This document shows, piece after piece, positions 20,487 to 31,500 of a stretch of 64,000 bases of DNA. Below the pieces are notes generated by a model. The model was not told where the DNA came from and did no database searches. It saw only the letters and a program-made list of their open reading frames with translations. The position numbers and the translations under genes were made by a program. The DNA is taken from contig CAWGYD010000006.1 of NCBI GenBank assembly GCA_963826785.1, positions 832,001 through 896,000 of the forward strand. Reading direction: 5' to 3'. The stretch is from an uncultured delta proteobacterium (GTDB taxonomy: Bacteria > Desulfobacterota > Desulfobacteria > Desulfobacterales > Desulfosalsimonadaceae). Position 1 is the first letter of the stretch, and the number at the start of each line of letters is the position of its first letter.

Positions 20487-20493
20487 AGCAAAA

Positions 20494-20537
20494 AAATTAA
20501 ACTTGAAAATTCGGAATGTCAATCCGAATTTTCAAGT
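20494..20537 (-). promoter_or_regulatory. Sigma70 promoter embedded in a perfect 15-bp inverted repeat (putative operator)
   Basis: ACTTGAAAATTCGGA-ttgacat-TCCGAATTTTCAAGT (20501-20537); TTGACA-17-TAATTT, with the ATG 7 nt after the -10. Confidence 0.75.
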
Positions 20538-20825
20538 AACCATTATTTTCTGATCAAGTTTCGCCCGGACTCCTTTATATTCGGCGCCTTCTGTAATTCG
20601 TTCGACGATGACCGATTCGTGGTTGAACCTCACGCCGTCATCCAAGTCGATACTGGCTATTGCAACAACCGCGTTTCGGATCTCATTTAGCTCATTGGGA
20701 GTTGAAGAACCAAGAAAGTCGATATCCTTAGTAGGACGCAGCAACGACATTTCATGAACAAGGAAGAGAAGTGCCCCCTTGAGGATCAGATTTCGCCGAT
20801 AGGCCCATGGCCAGATCTTCACCAA
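20532..20825 (-). pseudogene. AbiEii-like nucleotidyltransferase toxin fragment
   Basis: LILKGALL...RPTKDIDF...DDGVRF...I.EGAEY.GVR; under 100 aa with both ends missing and no antitoxin gene. Confidence 0.78.
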
Positions 20826-21079
20826 GTTTTCGGCGGTAACGGAACATATCGCAGATTGTTTTTTCCTTCCCTTAAACCCTTATCTCTCCAGCCGGTCTCC
20901 GAACAAATTCAAGCAGCAATTATAATCGTTTTCAGCAAATGTTAAAAACATGCAATTTAATGAAAACAGGTGCAGAGTATTAAAAAAGTCCCTTGATTTA
21001 TTTTTTAAATTCAGATCAGACATATTGTAACCACTTGTTGACAAACGAAAACTTTTTGTCTGAATCAAATGATATCTGT

Positions 21080-24009
21080 ATGGATTATCAGAAATTACTC
21101 GAAAAATATAACGCCCTCCTGGAGCAGTTAGACCGCTTAACAAAAGAAAATATCCGGTTAAAAGCCCAACTGGGGCTGCCGGCATCTGAGGCTATCCCAA
21201 CGACTGCCTCAGTAAAAGGCACCGAAAGAAAAGTAACTGACGATGAATCGGCTCAAAAGAACTTCTTTTCAGGTTTGGATTGCACATCGGATTCTCTTTC
21301 CAAAATTCATCTGTTCATGTGGCTTTTCAACGGCCGTGAAGATGTTTACGCGAAACAATGGGAAAACAAAAGTAAAGAGAAATCGGGTTATGCACCGGTC
21401 TGTCTGAATGAATGGCAGCCAGGGATATGCGAGAAACCAAAAATTTCCTGCTTAAAATGCAATCACAAAGCATATGCAGGATTGAATGAAAAAGTTGTTG
21501 AGCATCATTTGAGAGGCAATATCGTTATCGGCATTTATCCCATGCTGCCGGATGAAACGTGCCGTTTTCTGGCTATGGATTTTGACAAGGATGATTGGGA
21601 AAAGGATATCACGGCCGTGCGGGAGGTGTGCAATGAGTTCATGATCCCCATAGCCGTTGAGCGATCACGTTCCGGTAAGGGCTGCCATGCCTGGTTGTTC
21701 TTTGAGCATCCCATTTCCGCCGTCCTGGCGCGTAAATTCGCTACGGCCATTTTAACCTCTGCTATGAGCAGACGGCATGAAATCAAATTCAAATCCTATG
21801 ATCGGCTGTTTCCCAGCCAGGATACCATGCCCAAGGGCGGTTTGGGGAATCTGATCGCACTGCCATTGCAAAAAGAAGCAAGGGAAAATGCCAACAGCGA
21901 ATTCATCGATGATGATTTTCAATCGTATCCGGACCAGTGGGCGTTTCTTTCCGGAATTCAAAAGATATCGGAAAGCCGCATTAAACATCTTATTCCCGCC
22001 ATTTCCCCCGGGAATGAACTGGGCGATTTGAAGGTCGATGAAGAAGAGGAGAAACCCTGGGAAACGCATAAGCCCCAAGTCATCCTGGATAAAAGCGATT
22101 TTCCCGATAACGTTATGATCGTCAAGGCGAACATGCTGTTTCTTCCGAAAGCAGGGATCTCTCAGCGGGCGTTGAATCGAATAAAACGTATCGCATCTTT
22201 TAAAAACCCGATGTTTTACCGGCAGCAGGCCATGCGTTTGCCGACACATAACCATCCAAGGGTCATTTCCTGTGCGGATGAAACACGAGATTATCTGTGT
22301 TTGCCCAGGGGGTGCGAGGCTGACCTGGTCGATGAACTCCACAAACTCGGAATCGCATTCGAAATGATCGACAGGACCTTTCACGGCAGACCCATAAATG
22401 TAAAGTTCAAAGGTCATCTCCGGGACGAACAAACCCTGGCCCTCGGCCACCTGCTCCGGCATAACACCGGCATACTTTCAGGTACGACGGCTTTCGGCAA
22501 AACCATTGTAGCGATCAAATTGATAGCAGAAATGAAAATAAACACGCTGGTCCTGGTGGACAAAGTCAGCCTGCTGTCGCAATGGAAGGAAAAATTGTCG
22601 GAATTTCTAGAAGTTAACGAAAGCGTACCGGCGGAACCGATCATCGCCGCCGGGAAAAGGGGTCGCAAAAAGATCAAACATGTTATCGGGCAAATCGGTG
22701 CAGGCAAGGATACCTCAAGCGGCATCATCGATATTGCGGTAATGCAATCGTTAAGCAGGCAAAGACGAGGTCAGGGATTGCGTCAAAAATTACGGCCTGA
22801 TTATTGCCGATGAGTGTCACCATGCGTCGGCCTTCACCTATGAACAGATTCTGAAAACCACCCCGGCGAAATATGTTTATGGCCTTACCGCCACCCCGGC
22901 ACGAAAGGATGGACATCACCCGATTCTGTTCATGCAATGCGGCCCCATCCGATATCGGGACAATCCCAGAAAACAAGCGGAAAACAGGCCCTTTGACCAC
23001 TATATCATCCCCCGATTCACTTCCTTGAGAATACCCTTGGACATTGACCCCAAAGACCTGACCATTCAGGCATTATATACCGAGATCATGGAAAATGATT
23101 TCAGGGATCAGCAGATCATCGAAGATGTATTGAAAAACCATCATCAGGGCAGAAATTGTCTTGTGCTGACCCTCAGAACAGCCCATGTCGAGAATCTCGC
23201 AGGGAAGTTGAAAGAACACATTCCGGATGTGATAAGCCTGACAGGCAAAATGGGCAGAAAATCAACGCAGAAAGCCTTTGAACGTATAAACGATATTCCC
23301 GCCGACAACCCTGTTGTTCTGGTGGCAACCGGCCATTTTATCGGAGAAGGTTTTGACGAGCCCCGTCTCGATACGCTGTTTTTGGCCATGCCCATATCGT
23401 GGAAGGGAACGCTGCAGCAATATGCAGGCAGGCTCCACCGGCTGTTTGAAACGAAAAAAGAGGTGAGAATTTATGACTATGTGGATATCCAGATAAAGAT
23501 GCTGGAAAAAATGTATCAGAAGCGGCTGAACGGGTACGCTTCGATGGGATATAAAGCCAAAGGTGAAGTGTCAGCGGACGCGCCTTTGGATATCATCTTC
23601 GATAAGGATAATTTTCTGCCAGTTTTCAACCAGGACATTGTTGCGCTCGACAAAGGAGATCATCATCGTAAGCCCGTTTGTAAGGAAAAGACGCACGCAG
23701 CAAATGGTGCAGAATCTGAACGTCGCAGCCGGTAAACATATCCATGTCACCGTCGTAACGCGTCCGAAAAAGGATTTCCCGGAGAAGGATCACCCTGCTA
23801 TGCAAAAAGCCCTGGATCTTTTAATCGGCAATGGCCTTAACGTTGTATTCAAATCAGATATCCACCAGAAGTTTGCCATTATGGATCAAAAGGTGGTGTG
23901 GTACGGCAGTATCAATCTGTTGAGTTATGGCAGTGCCCAGGAAAGCATCATGCGCATTGAAAGCGCCAATATTGCTAATGAATTAATGAAAACCATAGAA
24001 AGTGAATAA
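21080..24009 (+). CDS. AEP primase-like (TOTE-type) - SF2 helicase - PLD nuclease fusion, two +1 frameshifts (~22760, ~23646)
   Basis: FLAMDFD, ERSRSGKGCH, DRLFPSQD, GNLIALPLQ; Walker A TTAFGKT, DECHH (22809), TAT, GEGFD, QYAGRLHR; HQKFAIMD..GSIN. About 975 aa when joined. Confidence 0.82.
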
Positions 24010-24154
24010 CCAGAAAAGGATCGCAGAGGGATGAACTGGCAGGTTTTTTTAAGGTGGACGTAAAAGCAGGATAACTGAATCCAAATCCGGCCGCTTAAAC
24101 AAGATGGTGATTACGGGCAGTTATTCGGCCCTGGTAAGCGCCATCCAAAAAAAC

Positions 24155-24190
24155 AAAACCGGGGCTCCTGCAAAAGGAGTACCCGGTTTT
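24155..24190 (-). terminator. Intrinsic terminator downstream of tRNA-Asn
   Basis: aaaaccggg-g-ctcct-gcaaa-aggag-ta-cccggtttt hairpin, followed by T-tracts on the minus strand. Confidence 0.7.
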
Positions 24191-24199
24191 GGGTTTGTT

Positions 24200-24275
24200 T
24201 GGCTCCCCAGCGCGGACTCGAACCACGGACACGGTGGTTAACAGCCACCTGCTCTGCCGACTGAGCTACTGGGGA
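24200..24275 (-). tRNA. trnN: tRNA-Asn (GTT)
   Basis: Reverse complement is TCCCCAGTAGCTCAGTCGGCAGAGCAGGTGGCTGTTAACCACCGTGTCCGTGGTTCGAGTCCGCGCTGGGGAGCCA: 76-nt cloverleaf, GTT anticodon, encoded CCA. Confidence 0.97.
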
Positions 24276-24620
24276 TCAAGGCCTCATTTATTAGAGGCAA
24301 ATGCAGCGATTGTCAAGGGGAAAATATATGGATTACTCTAGTGCAGCGCCGGTTTTTTTGTCAATGGCGCGGCCGGATGCATCATTTCTTTTTACAGTCC
24401 TGCAGACCGGTGAATACCGGATTTACCGTATATCCATTTTGGATGAACCCGCGTATTTTCATTCAAAGCACTTCGATTGAAGTCAGATAATCCGGGCCTT
24501 GAGGATAAGAAGCCGGATGTCATGCGCTGATACTTTTCAGGCATCAGGGGCGGTTTTTCAACTTCTGTGCCCGGGCCTTGCCGTTTTCAGAAAGATCAAT
24601 ATTCCATCAAGGAGATCAAC

Positions 24621-25577
24621 ATGTTCAGGCACATACTGATGCCGCTGGACGGTTCCCGGCTGGCGGAAGTTGCGGTATCCTGCACCCTGGTGTTCGCAAA
24701 GGCTTTCGGCGCTCGGGTCACGCTGCTTCGGGTCATGGAGAACACCGTCACCGACGACTGCCTGTCGCCGATTGATCCGCTGGAGTGGGACATGTGCAAA
24801 AAGGCGGCCCGTTCCTACATGGAGGGGCTGGTATCCCGGTTTGAAAAAGAGGGGATCACGGCTGAATATGTCCTCATGGAGGGGAAGCCGGCCCAGCGGA
24901 TACTGGAATTTATCAATGAAACAGACAATGACCTGATCATCGTCAGCAGCCATGGCCGCAGCGGGCTTTCCGGATGGAACGCCGGCAGCGTGCTGCAAAA
25001 AGTCATTGCCCGGGCGCGCATCTCTTTCATGATCATCCGGGCCTATCGGGAAGGGATCGATCCCGACCTTTCCATCGAGTTCAAAAAAATCTTCATTCCC
25101 CTGGACGGATCCCGCCGATCGGAATACGTCCTTCCCCCCGCTACCACGCTGGCCAGTTTCCTGGATGCACGGCTTATTTTGGCGCACGTGGTCCCCCGGC
25201 CGGAAATGCCCCGCTTCGCCCCGCCCAATCCCGAAGATCTGGAATTGGCCGATCGGATCGTGGAACACAACCATGAAGAGATGCGAAAGCATTTCGAGGT
25301 TTTAAAATCCAGGTTGCCGGTAGAGGTTCAAACGCGGCTGATAACGGCCGAGGATACCGCCCCGCGGCTGCACGAACTGATCAATGAGGAAAATGCCGAT
25401 CTGGTCATCATGAGCGCCCATGGCTATTCCGGAAGGACCCATTGGGGATACGGCGGTATCACCGCCACTTTTATCGAATATGGCACCACTCCGCTGCTGA
25501 TCATGCAGGATGTCCCCCCGGACCAGATCGAACCGTCTGCTGCGGAAAAAGCAGCCGCCCAGAAAAAAGGACATTAG
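24621..25577 (+). CDS. Tandem-domain universal stress protein
   Basis: Two Usp domains (ILMPLDGS...SSHGRSG; IFIPLDGS...SAHGYSG); RBS AGGAG. Confidence 0.92.
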   Translation: MFRHILMPLDGSRLAEVAVSCTLVFAKAFGARVTLLRVMENTVTDDCLSPIDPLEWDMCKKAARSYMEGLVSRFEKEGITAEYVLMEGKPAQRILEFINETDNDLIIVSSHGRSGLSGWNAGSVLQKVIARARISFMIIRAYREGIDPDLSIEFKKIFIPLDGSRRSEYVLPPATTLASFLDARLILAHVVPRPEMPRFAPPNPEDLELADRIVEHNHEEMRKHFEVLKSRLPVEVQTRLITAEDTAPRLHELINEENADLVIMSAHGYSGRTHWGYGGITATFIEYGTTPLLIMQDVPPDQIEPSAAEKAAAQKKGH

Positions 25578-25580
25578 CCG

Positions 25581-28500
25581 ATGCCCACCAAGACAGGCGG
25601 ACGCGAAAATGGTGCAAAATTGCGATCGGCGCCCGCAAACACAGATCCGGCAGGCAGCGGAAAAGCAGGGCCCACGCGTCCGGACCGGTCCCGGAAAACG
25701 GTGCGGACACCCGGCCGGCCGGAGTGGCTGGCCTCCCGGATCGATGCGCAAAAATCTGTACTCAAGGATGCCTACAAAGGGTTTTCCCGGGAATCGGATC
25801 AGGAGTTTACCCGTTCCTATGCATCCGAATGGCTCCTGGACAATTTTCATGTGGTGGAGCAGGCCTGGCGTCAGATCGAGCACGACATGCCCAGTGCGTT
25901 TTACCGTCAGCTGCCGAAGCTTGCCCAGACCGATCTCAAGGGAAAACCCCGGGTGTACGCGGTGGCACTGGATATCATCCGTGCCTGCAATGGCGAACTC
26001 AAGGAAGACCAGATCACCGATTACGTAAATGCCAGCCAGCAGGAAGAGATACTGGAGATCGGGGAGATCTGGGCCTTGCCGGTCATGCTCCGCTTCGGGG
26101 TGCTGGAATGCCTGACGGCGGCGATCGGCCGGATCACCGGGATGACCGCAAAACCGCAGCCGGCTGAAGCGGCCGAATGCATCGACACAGATGATGAAAC
26201 CCTGGTGGCCAATTCCATTGTGAGCCTGAGGATGATTGCCACCCGGGACTGGAAAGAATTTTTTGAACGCACCAGCCGCGTGGAGCAGATACTGACCGCC
26301 GATCCATCCGGAGCCTATGCCCGGATGGATTTTGCATCCCGGGACACCTACCGGAAACAAATCGAGAAGCTGGCGCTGGGTTCCATGCTCAGCGAAACCC
26401 AGATCGCAAAAGAAGCTATCCGGCTCGCCCGGGCTCAGTCAGAGGGCCATGGGAAAGCCGACCGCCGGGAAGCCCATGTGGGATTTTACCTCATCGATGC
26501 CGGCCGCAGCCGCCTGGAAGACGCAGTCGGATTTAAAGCCTCCCTGTTTGATCGCTTTTTGCGCCTGGTGCGCCATGGGGCCACGGGGGCATACCTCGGG
26601 GCCATCGGATTTGTTTGCCTGCTGATCCTGGCCGGCCTGGTGGGGTTTGGCTACCGGCAGGGGGGATCATTGCCACAGCTTTTCGCTGTTTTTGTACTGT
26701 CGCTGATTCCCGCCATTACCGCGGCCACCGCCCTGGTGAACTGGGCGGTTACCCGCCTGCTCCCTCCGGCCTTGCTGCCCAAGCTCGATTTCAGTCAATC
26801 CATACCCGACGAATGGCGGACCATCATCGTAATTCCCGCCATATTCTCGGATAACGAAGAAGTCGAATCCCTGCTGCGTCAGCTGGAGATACATTACCTG
26901 GGCAATCCCGATCCCAGGCTGTCTTTTGCGCTGCTGTCGGATTTACCGGACGCACCCGAAAAAGAGATGCCGGAGGACCGTGAACGGATCTCCTTTGCCA
27001 TTGCCGGCCTCCAGCAGCTCAATGAGCGGTATCGCCGGACCGGCGATCAAGCGGATTTGCCCCATGCCCCCTTTTACCTGTTTCACCGGGAACGGCTGTG
27101 GAATCCCAGAGAAGGGAAATGGATGGGCTGGGAGCGAAAGCGCGGCAAACTGGAAGAATTCAACCGGTGGCTGCTCAAGGAGGGGGAGACCTCGTATGCG
27201 GTCCAGGTGGGCGAACTCGAGCGCCTCGAGGGCGTCCGTTTCGTGATCACCCTGGATGCCGACACCATGATTCCCCGGGAAACCGCCCACCGGCTGGTGG
27301 GAACACTGGCCCATCCGCTGAACCGGCCGAAATTCGATCCGAAAACCGGGGAAGTGGTCTCGGGGTACACCGTGCTTCAGCCGCGGACGGAAACCCGGCC
27401 GGCCAGCGCCAACCGATCGGCCTTCACCCGGATTTTCACCGGGAGCAGCGGGCTGGACCTGTATGCCATGGCAATATCCGATGTGTATCAGGACCTTTTC
27501 GGGGAGGGCATCTACACCGGCAAGGGCATATACGATGTGAGCGCATTCGAATGCGGCATGTACGGCCGGGTGCCGGACAATGCCCTGCTGAGCCATGACC
27601 TGTTCGAGGGGCTTCATGTGCGGGTGGGGCTGGTCACGGATGTGGTCCTGATGGAAGAAAATCCGCCCGACTACCTGGTGTACACCCGCCGTCTGCACCG
27701 GTGGGTCCGGGGGGACTGGCAGCTGCTGCCCTGGCTGTCCAGGCGGCCTTATCCCGATGAGATCACCCGTCAGCACCGGCTTTCCGTCATCAGCCGGTGG
27801 AAAATCCTGGACAACCTGATCCGCAGCCTTTTTCAGCCGTCGCTCCTGCTGCTGTTCATCGGACTCTGGATCGTTTTTCCGGGATCCGAACTGGCCTGGA
27901 CCGTTTTTGCCCTGCTGCTTTCGGCCGTTCCCCTGGCCATTTCAGTGGTCAATCAAATGCCCCACAAGCCATGGAGGAGAACGATCGTCAAAGGCGGGGC
28001 CCGCCCCACCCGGACATCCGCCATCCGGTGGCTGCTGCTGCTGGTGTTTCTCCCCTATGAGTCGATAATTTCAGTCGATGCCATTATAAGGACGGTTTTC
28101 CGGATCACCGTCTCCCGCAAACACCTTTTGGAGTGGGCCACCTCGGCCAGCACCATCCGCCTGTTTGAAAAAAAGCGGCGGCACCTGTACTACTGGCAGC
28201 AGATGGGCGGGGCATCATTGCTCGGCGCTGGGCCTTGCTTTTCTGGTGGGATCGTTTCAGCTGACCGACCTGGCCGTGGCGCTGCCCCTGCTGGCGGCCT
28301 GGTTCCTGTCGCCCCGGATTGCATTCTATATCAGCCGGCCGACCCGGACGGAGCCCGAAATGCTCAAAGCCGGCCAGCGATACCAGATCCGGCGTCTGGC
28401 CCGGCGGACCTGGTTTTTTTTCGAACAGTTTGCCGGGCCCGACGATTACTGGCTCCCCCCGGATCATTTCCAGGAGTCCCCCCGGGGAACCGTGGCCCAC

Positions 28501-31500
28501 CGGACTTCGCCCACCAACCTGGGCCTTTTGCTCCTGTCCACTTTAGCCGCCCATGACCTGGGGTATATCGGTCTGCCGCTGCTGTCGATCCGCCTTCGGA
28601 ACACCTTCGACACCATGGAAAAACTGGAGCGCTACCGGGGGCATTTTTTAAACTGGATCGACACCCGCAATCTGGCCCCGCTGCCGCCCCGATATGTCTC
28701 CACCGTGGACAGCGGCAACCTGGCCGCTTTTCTGCTGGCGCTCAGGGAAGGGTGCCTGGAAATGGGCGAGACGCCCCTGATGCGGTGGGAGCGCTGGCAG
28801 GGGATCCTGGATACCCTGGACGTGATGGATGAAATCGTCGAAGGTTTTGAAAAATCAGAAGCCGAAGCCATCCGGCCGCTCCAGGAGCAGTGGAAACACA
28901 TACGGTCAAAAGTACTGGCGGTGCGCGAAGAGCCCGGCCGCTGGATGTCCCTGCTGGAATCGCTGGAAAAGGATGACCGCAGGGAACTGGACCGCCGGCT
29001 GGCGGTCCTGGTGGAGGAAAAAGGAAACCTGCTGAATGCGGATGATCTCAACAGCATGCGGCTGTGGACGGAGCGGATCCGCTATCAGCTGCGGTCTGCC
29101 CGCCGGGAGCTGATCCGTCTGGCCCCATGGATCTCCATGCTGGACCGGGCGCCAAAATATTTTAAAACCGCCGGTGCCCCGGTGGCGGATGCCTGGCAGG
29201 CGCTAAAAGGGTCGCTGCCGGTGATGCCGAGGCTCAAAGACGTCAATTTCGCCTGTGATCAGGGGCGCGTCTACCTGGACCGGCTGCGGGCGGCATTGCT
29301 TTCGGCCGCCGCATCCGATGCGCAGCAGCAGGCCCTGGAATGGTGCGACCGGCTGGCGGACTCACTGGTATTCGCCTGCCGGGGGGCGGCCGAACTGACG
29401 GCCGAATTTCAGGCCATCAGCCGCCAGGCGGAAGCCTACGTCATGGAAATGGATTTCAGATTCCTGTTTAATCTCCGGCGGCAGATTTTTCGCATCGGTT
29501 ACAATGTGGATGCGGGGTTGTCGGATCAGAACCATTACGATCTGCTGGCTTCAGAAGCAAGGATTGCCAGCCTGGTGGCCATCGCCAAGGGCGATATTTC
29601 CCAGAAACACTGGATCCATCTCTCCCGGCCGCTGACCCTGGTAGACGGCATGCGGGGCCTGCTTTCCTGGAGCGGCAGCATGTTCGAATACCTCATGCCC
29701 ATGCTGCTGATGCGGGAATGGGATAATTCGTTGCTGGGCCAGAGCGACCAGGCCGCGGTGGAGCGCCAGATCCGGTACGGCCGGCAGAAGGGCGTTCCCT
29801 GGGGAATCTCGGAATCGGCCTACTACCGGTTCGACCGGGACATGAATTACCAGTACCGGGCCTTCGGGGTGCCGGGGCTGGGATACAAGCGCGGTCTGGA
29901 GGAAGATCTGGTCGTGGCGCCCTACGCCTCTCTTCTGGCCCTGCCCGTCAAACCGAAAACGGTGATGGACAACATCGCCCGGCTCATCCGGATGGGCGCC
30001 CTGGGAAACTACGGGATGTATGAGTCCATCGATTTTACGGTGTCGCGGCTGGCCCTGGGAGAGGATCACGCCATCATTCGCTCGTTTTACAGCCATCACC
30101 AGGGAATGATCTTTCTGTCGCTGACCAACTATCTCCTGGAAGATATCATGATCAACCGGTTCCACCGCAATCCCCGGGTGCAGAGTGTGGAACTCCTTCT
30201 GCAGGAGCAACTCTCTCCCCGGGCGCCCATCGAGCAGGTGCCCGAGGAGGAAGCCGCCGCCAAGACCCGGGTCAAGCAAAGGACCGTGTATGAACCCTGG
30301 CCGGTGCCGGTGCACGCGCCGTATCCCCGGGTATGCGTGCTGTCAAACGGATCCTACACCGTTTTTGTCAGCAGTTCGGGCAGCGGATTCAGCCGCTTCG
30401 GAGAGACGGACCTGACCCGGTGGCGATCAGACGCCACGCTGGAGAACTGGGGAACATGGATCTATATCCGGGATGTGGAGAAAAATGTCCTCTGGTCGGC
30501 GGCCTTTCAGCCCACGGCGGCCGCGGTGAAGAATGCGGAAGTCCATTTTTCGGCACACCAGGCCGATTTCCGGTCTCAGTTTCAGGACATCGCCGCGCAT
30601 CTGGAAATAACGGTGTCGCCGGATGACCCGGTGGAAATCCGCCGCCTGACCCTGACCAACCTGGGGACCACCATCCGGCACCTGCAGGTGGCCAGCTACG
30701 CCGAGGTCGTTCTGGCCCCCATGGCCGCCGACCGCCGCCATCCGGGATTCAACCGCATCTTCATCGAGAGTCGATATCACGATGCGGTAAAGGGGCTGCT
30801 GTTCAGGCGCCGGCCCCGGGCCGCCTCGGAAGAGACGGTTTTTTTGTTTCACGGGTTGGTCATCCCCGACGGGCAGAAACCGGAAGTGGCGTATGAATCC
30901 GACCGCGCCCGGTTCCTGGGGCGGCAGCGTTGCGTCCGCCGCCCGCTGGCGCTCTCGGAAGAAAATGGCGGCCTTTCCGGAACGGCGGGGGCGACCCTGG
31001 ACCCGATCATGTCTCTGGGCACGGACATCGCCATAGCGCCCGATCAACCGGTTCAGCTGATATTCGTCACCCTGTCCGCAGAGTCGGAAAAAATGGCCCT
31101 GGAGCTATCCGGCCGCTACCGGGACCGGTCGCTGATCGGCCGTGTATTTGACCGGGCCGCATCCCAGAGCCGACAGGAAATGCAGCAGCTCGAACTCTCC
31201 GGAGCGGAGCTCGACCAGATTCAGCAGCTGTTTTCGGTCATGCTGTACCCCGTGCCGGCCCTGCGGGCCAATCCGTCCATTCTGGGGGCCAACACCCTGG
31301 GGCAGCCGGCCCTGTGGCCCCATGCCATCTCCGGTGACTACCCCATCCTGCTGGCCCGGATCAGCAGCGAAGCGGAATTGCTGCTGGCATACGAACTGCT
31401 GCGGGCCCACACCTATTTCAGAAATCGCCGCATCAAGATCGACCTGGTGATATTGAACATGAAAGAGACCGGGTATGCCCAGGAACTCCAGGGGCAGCTG

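Noticed and set aside
18150..24275. tRNA-integrated element with attL/attR
   Set aside because: No copy of the tRNA-Asn 3' end was found at the left border, there is no integrase, and the tRNA terminator is intact.
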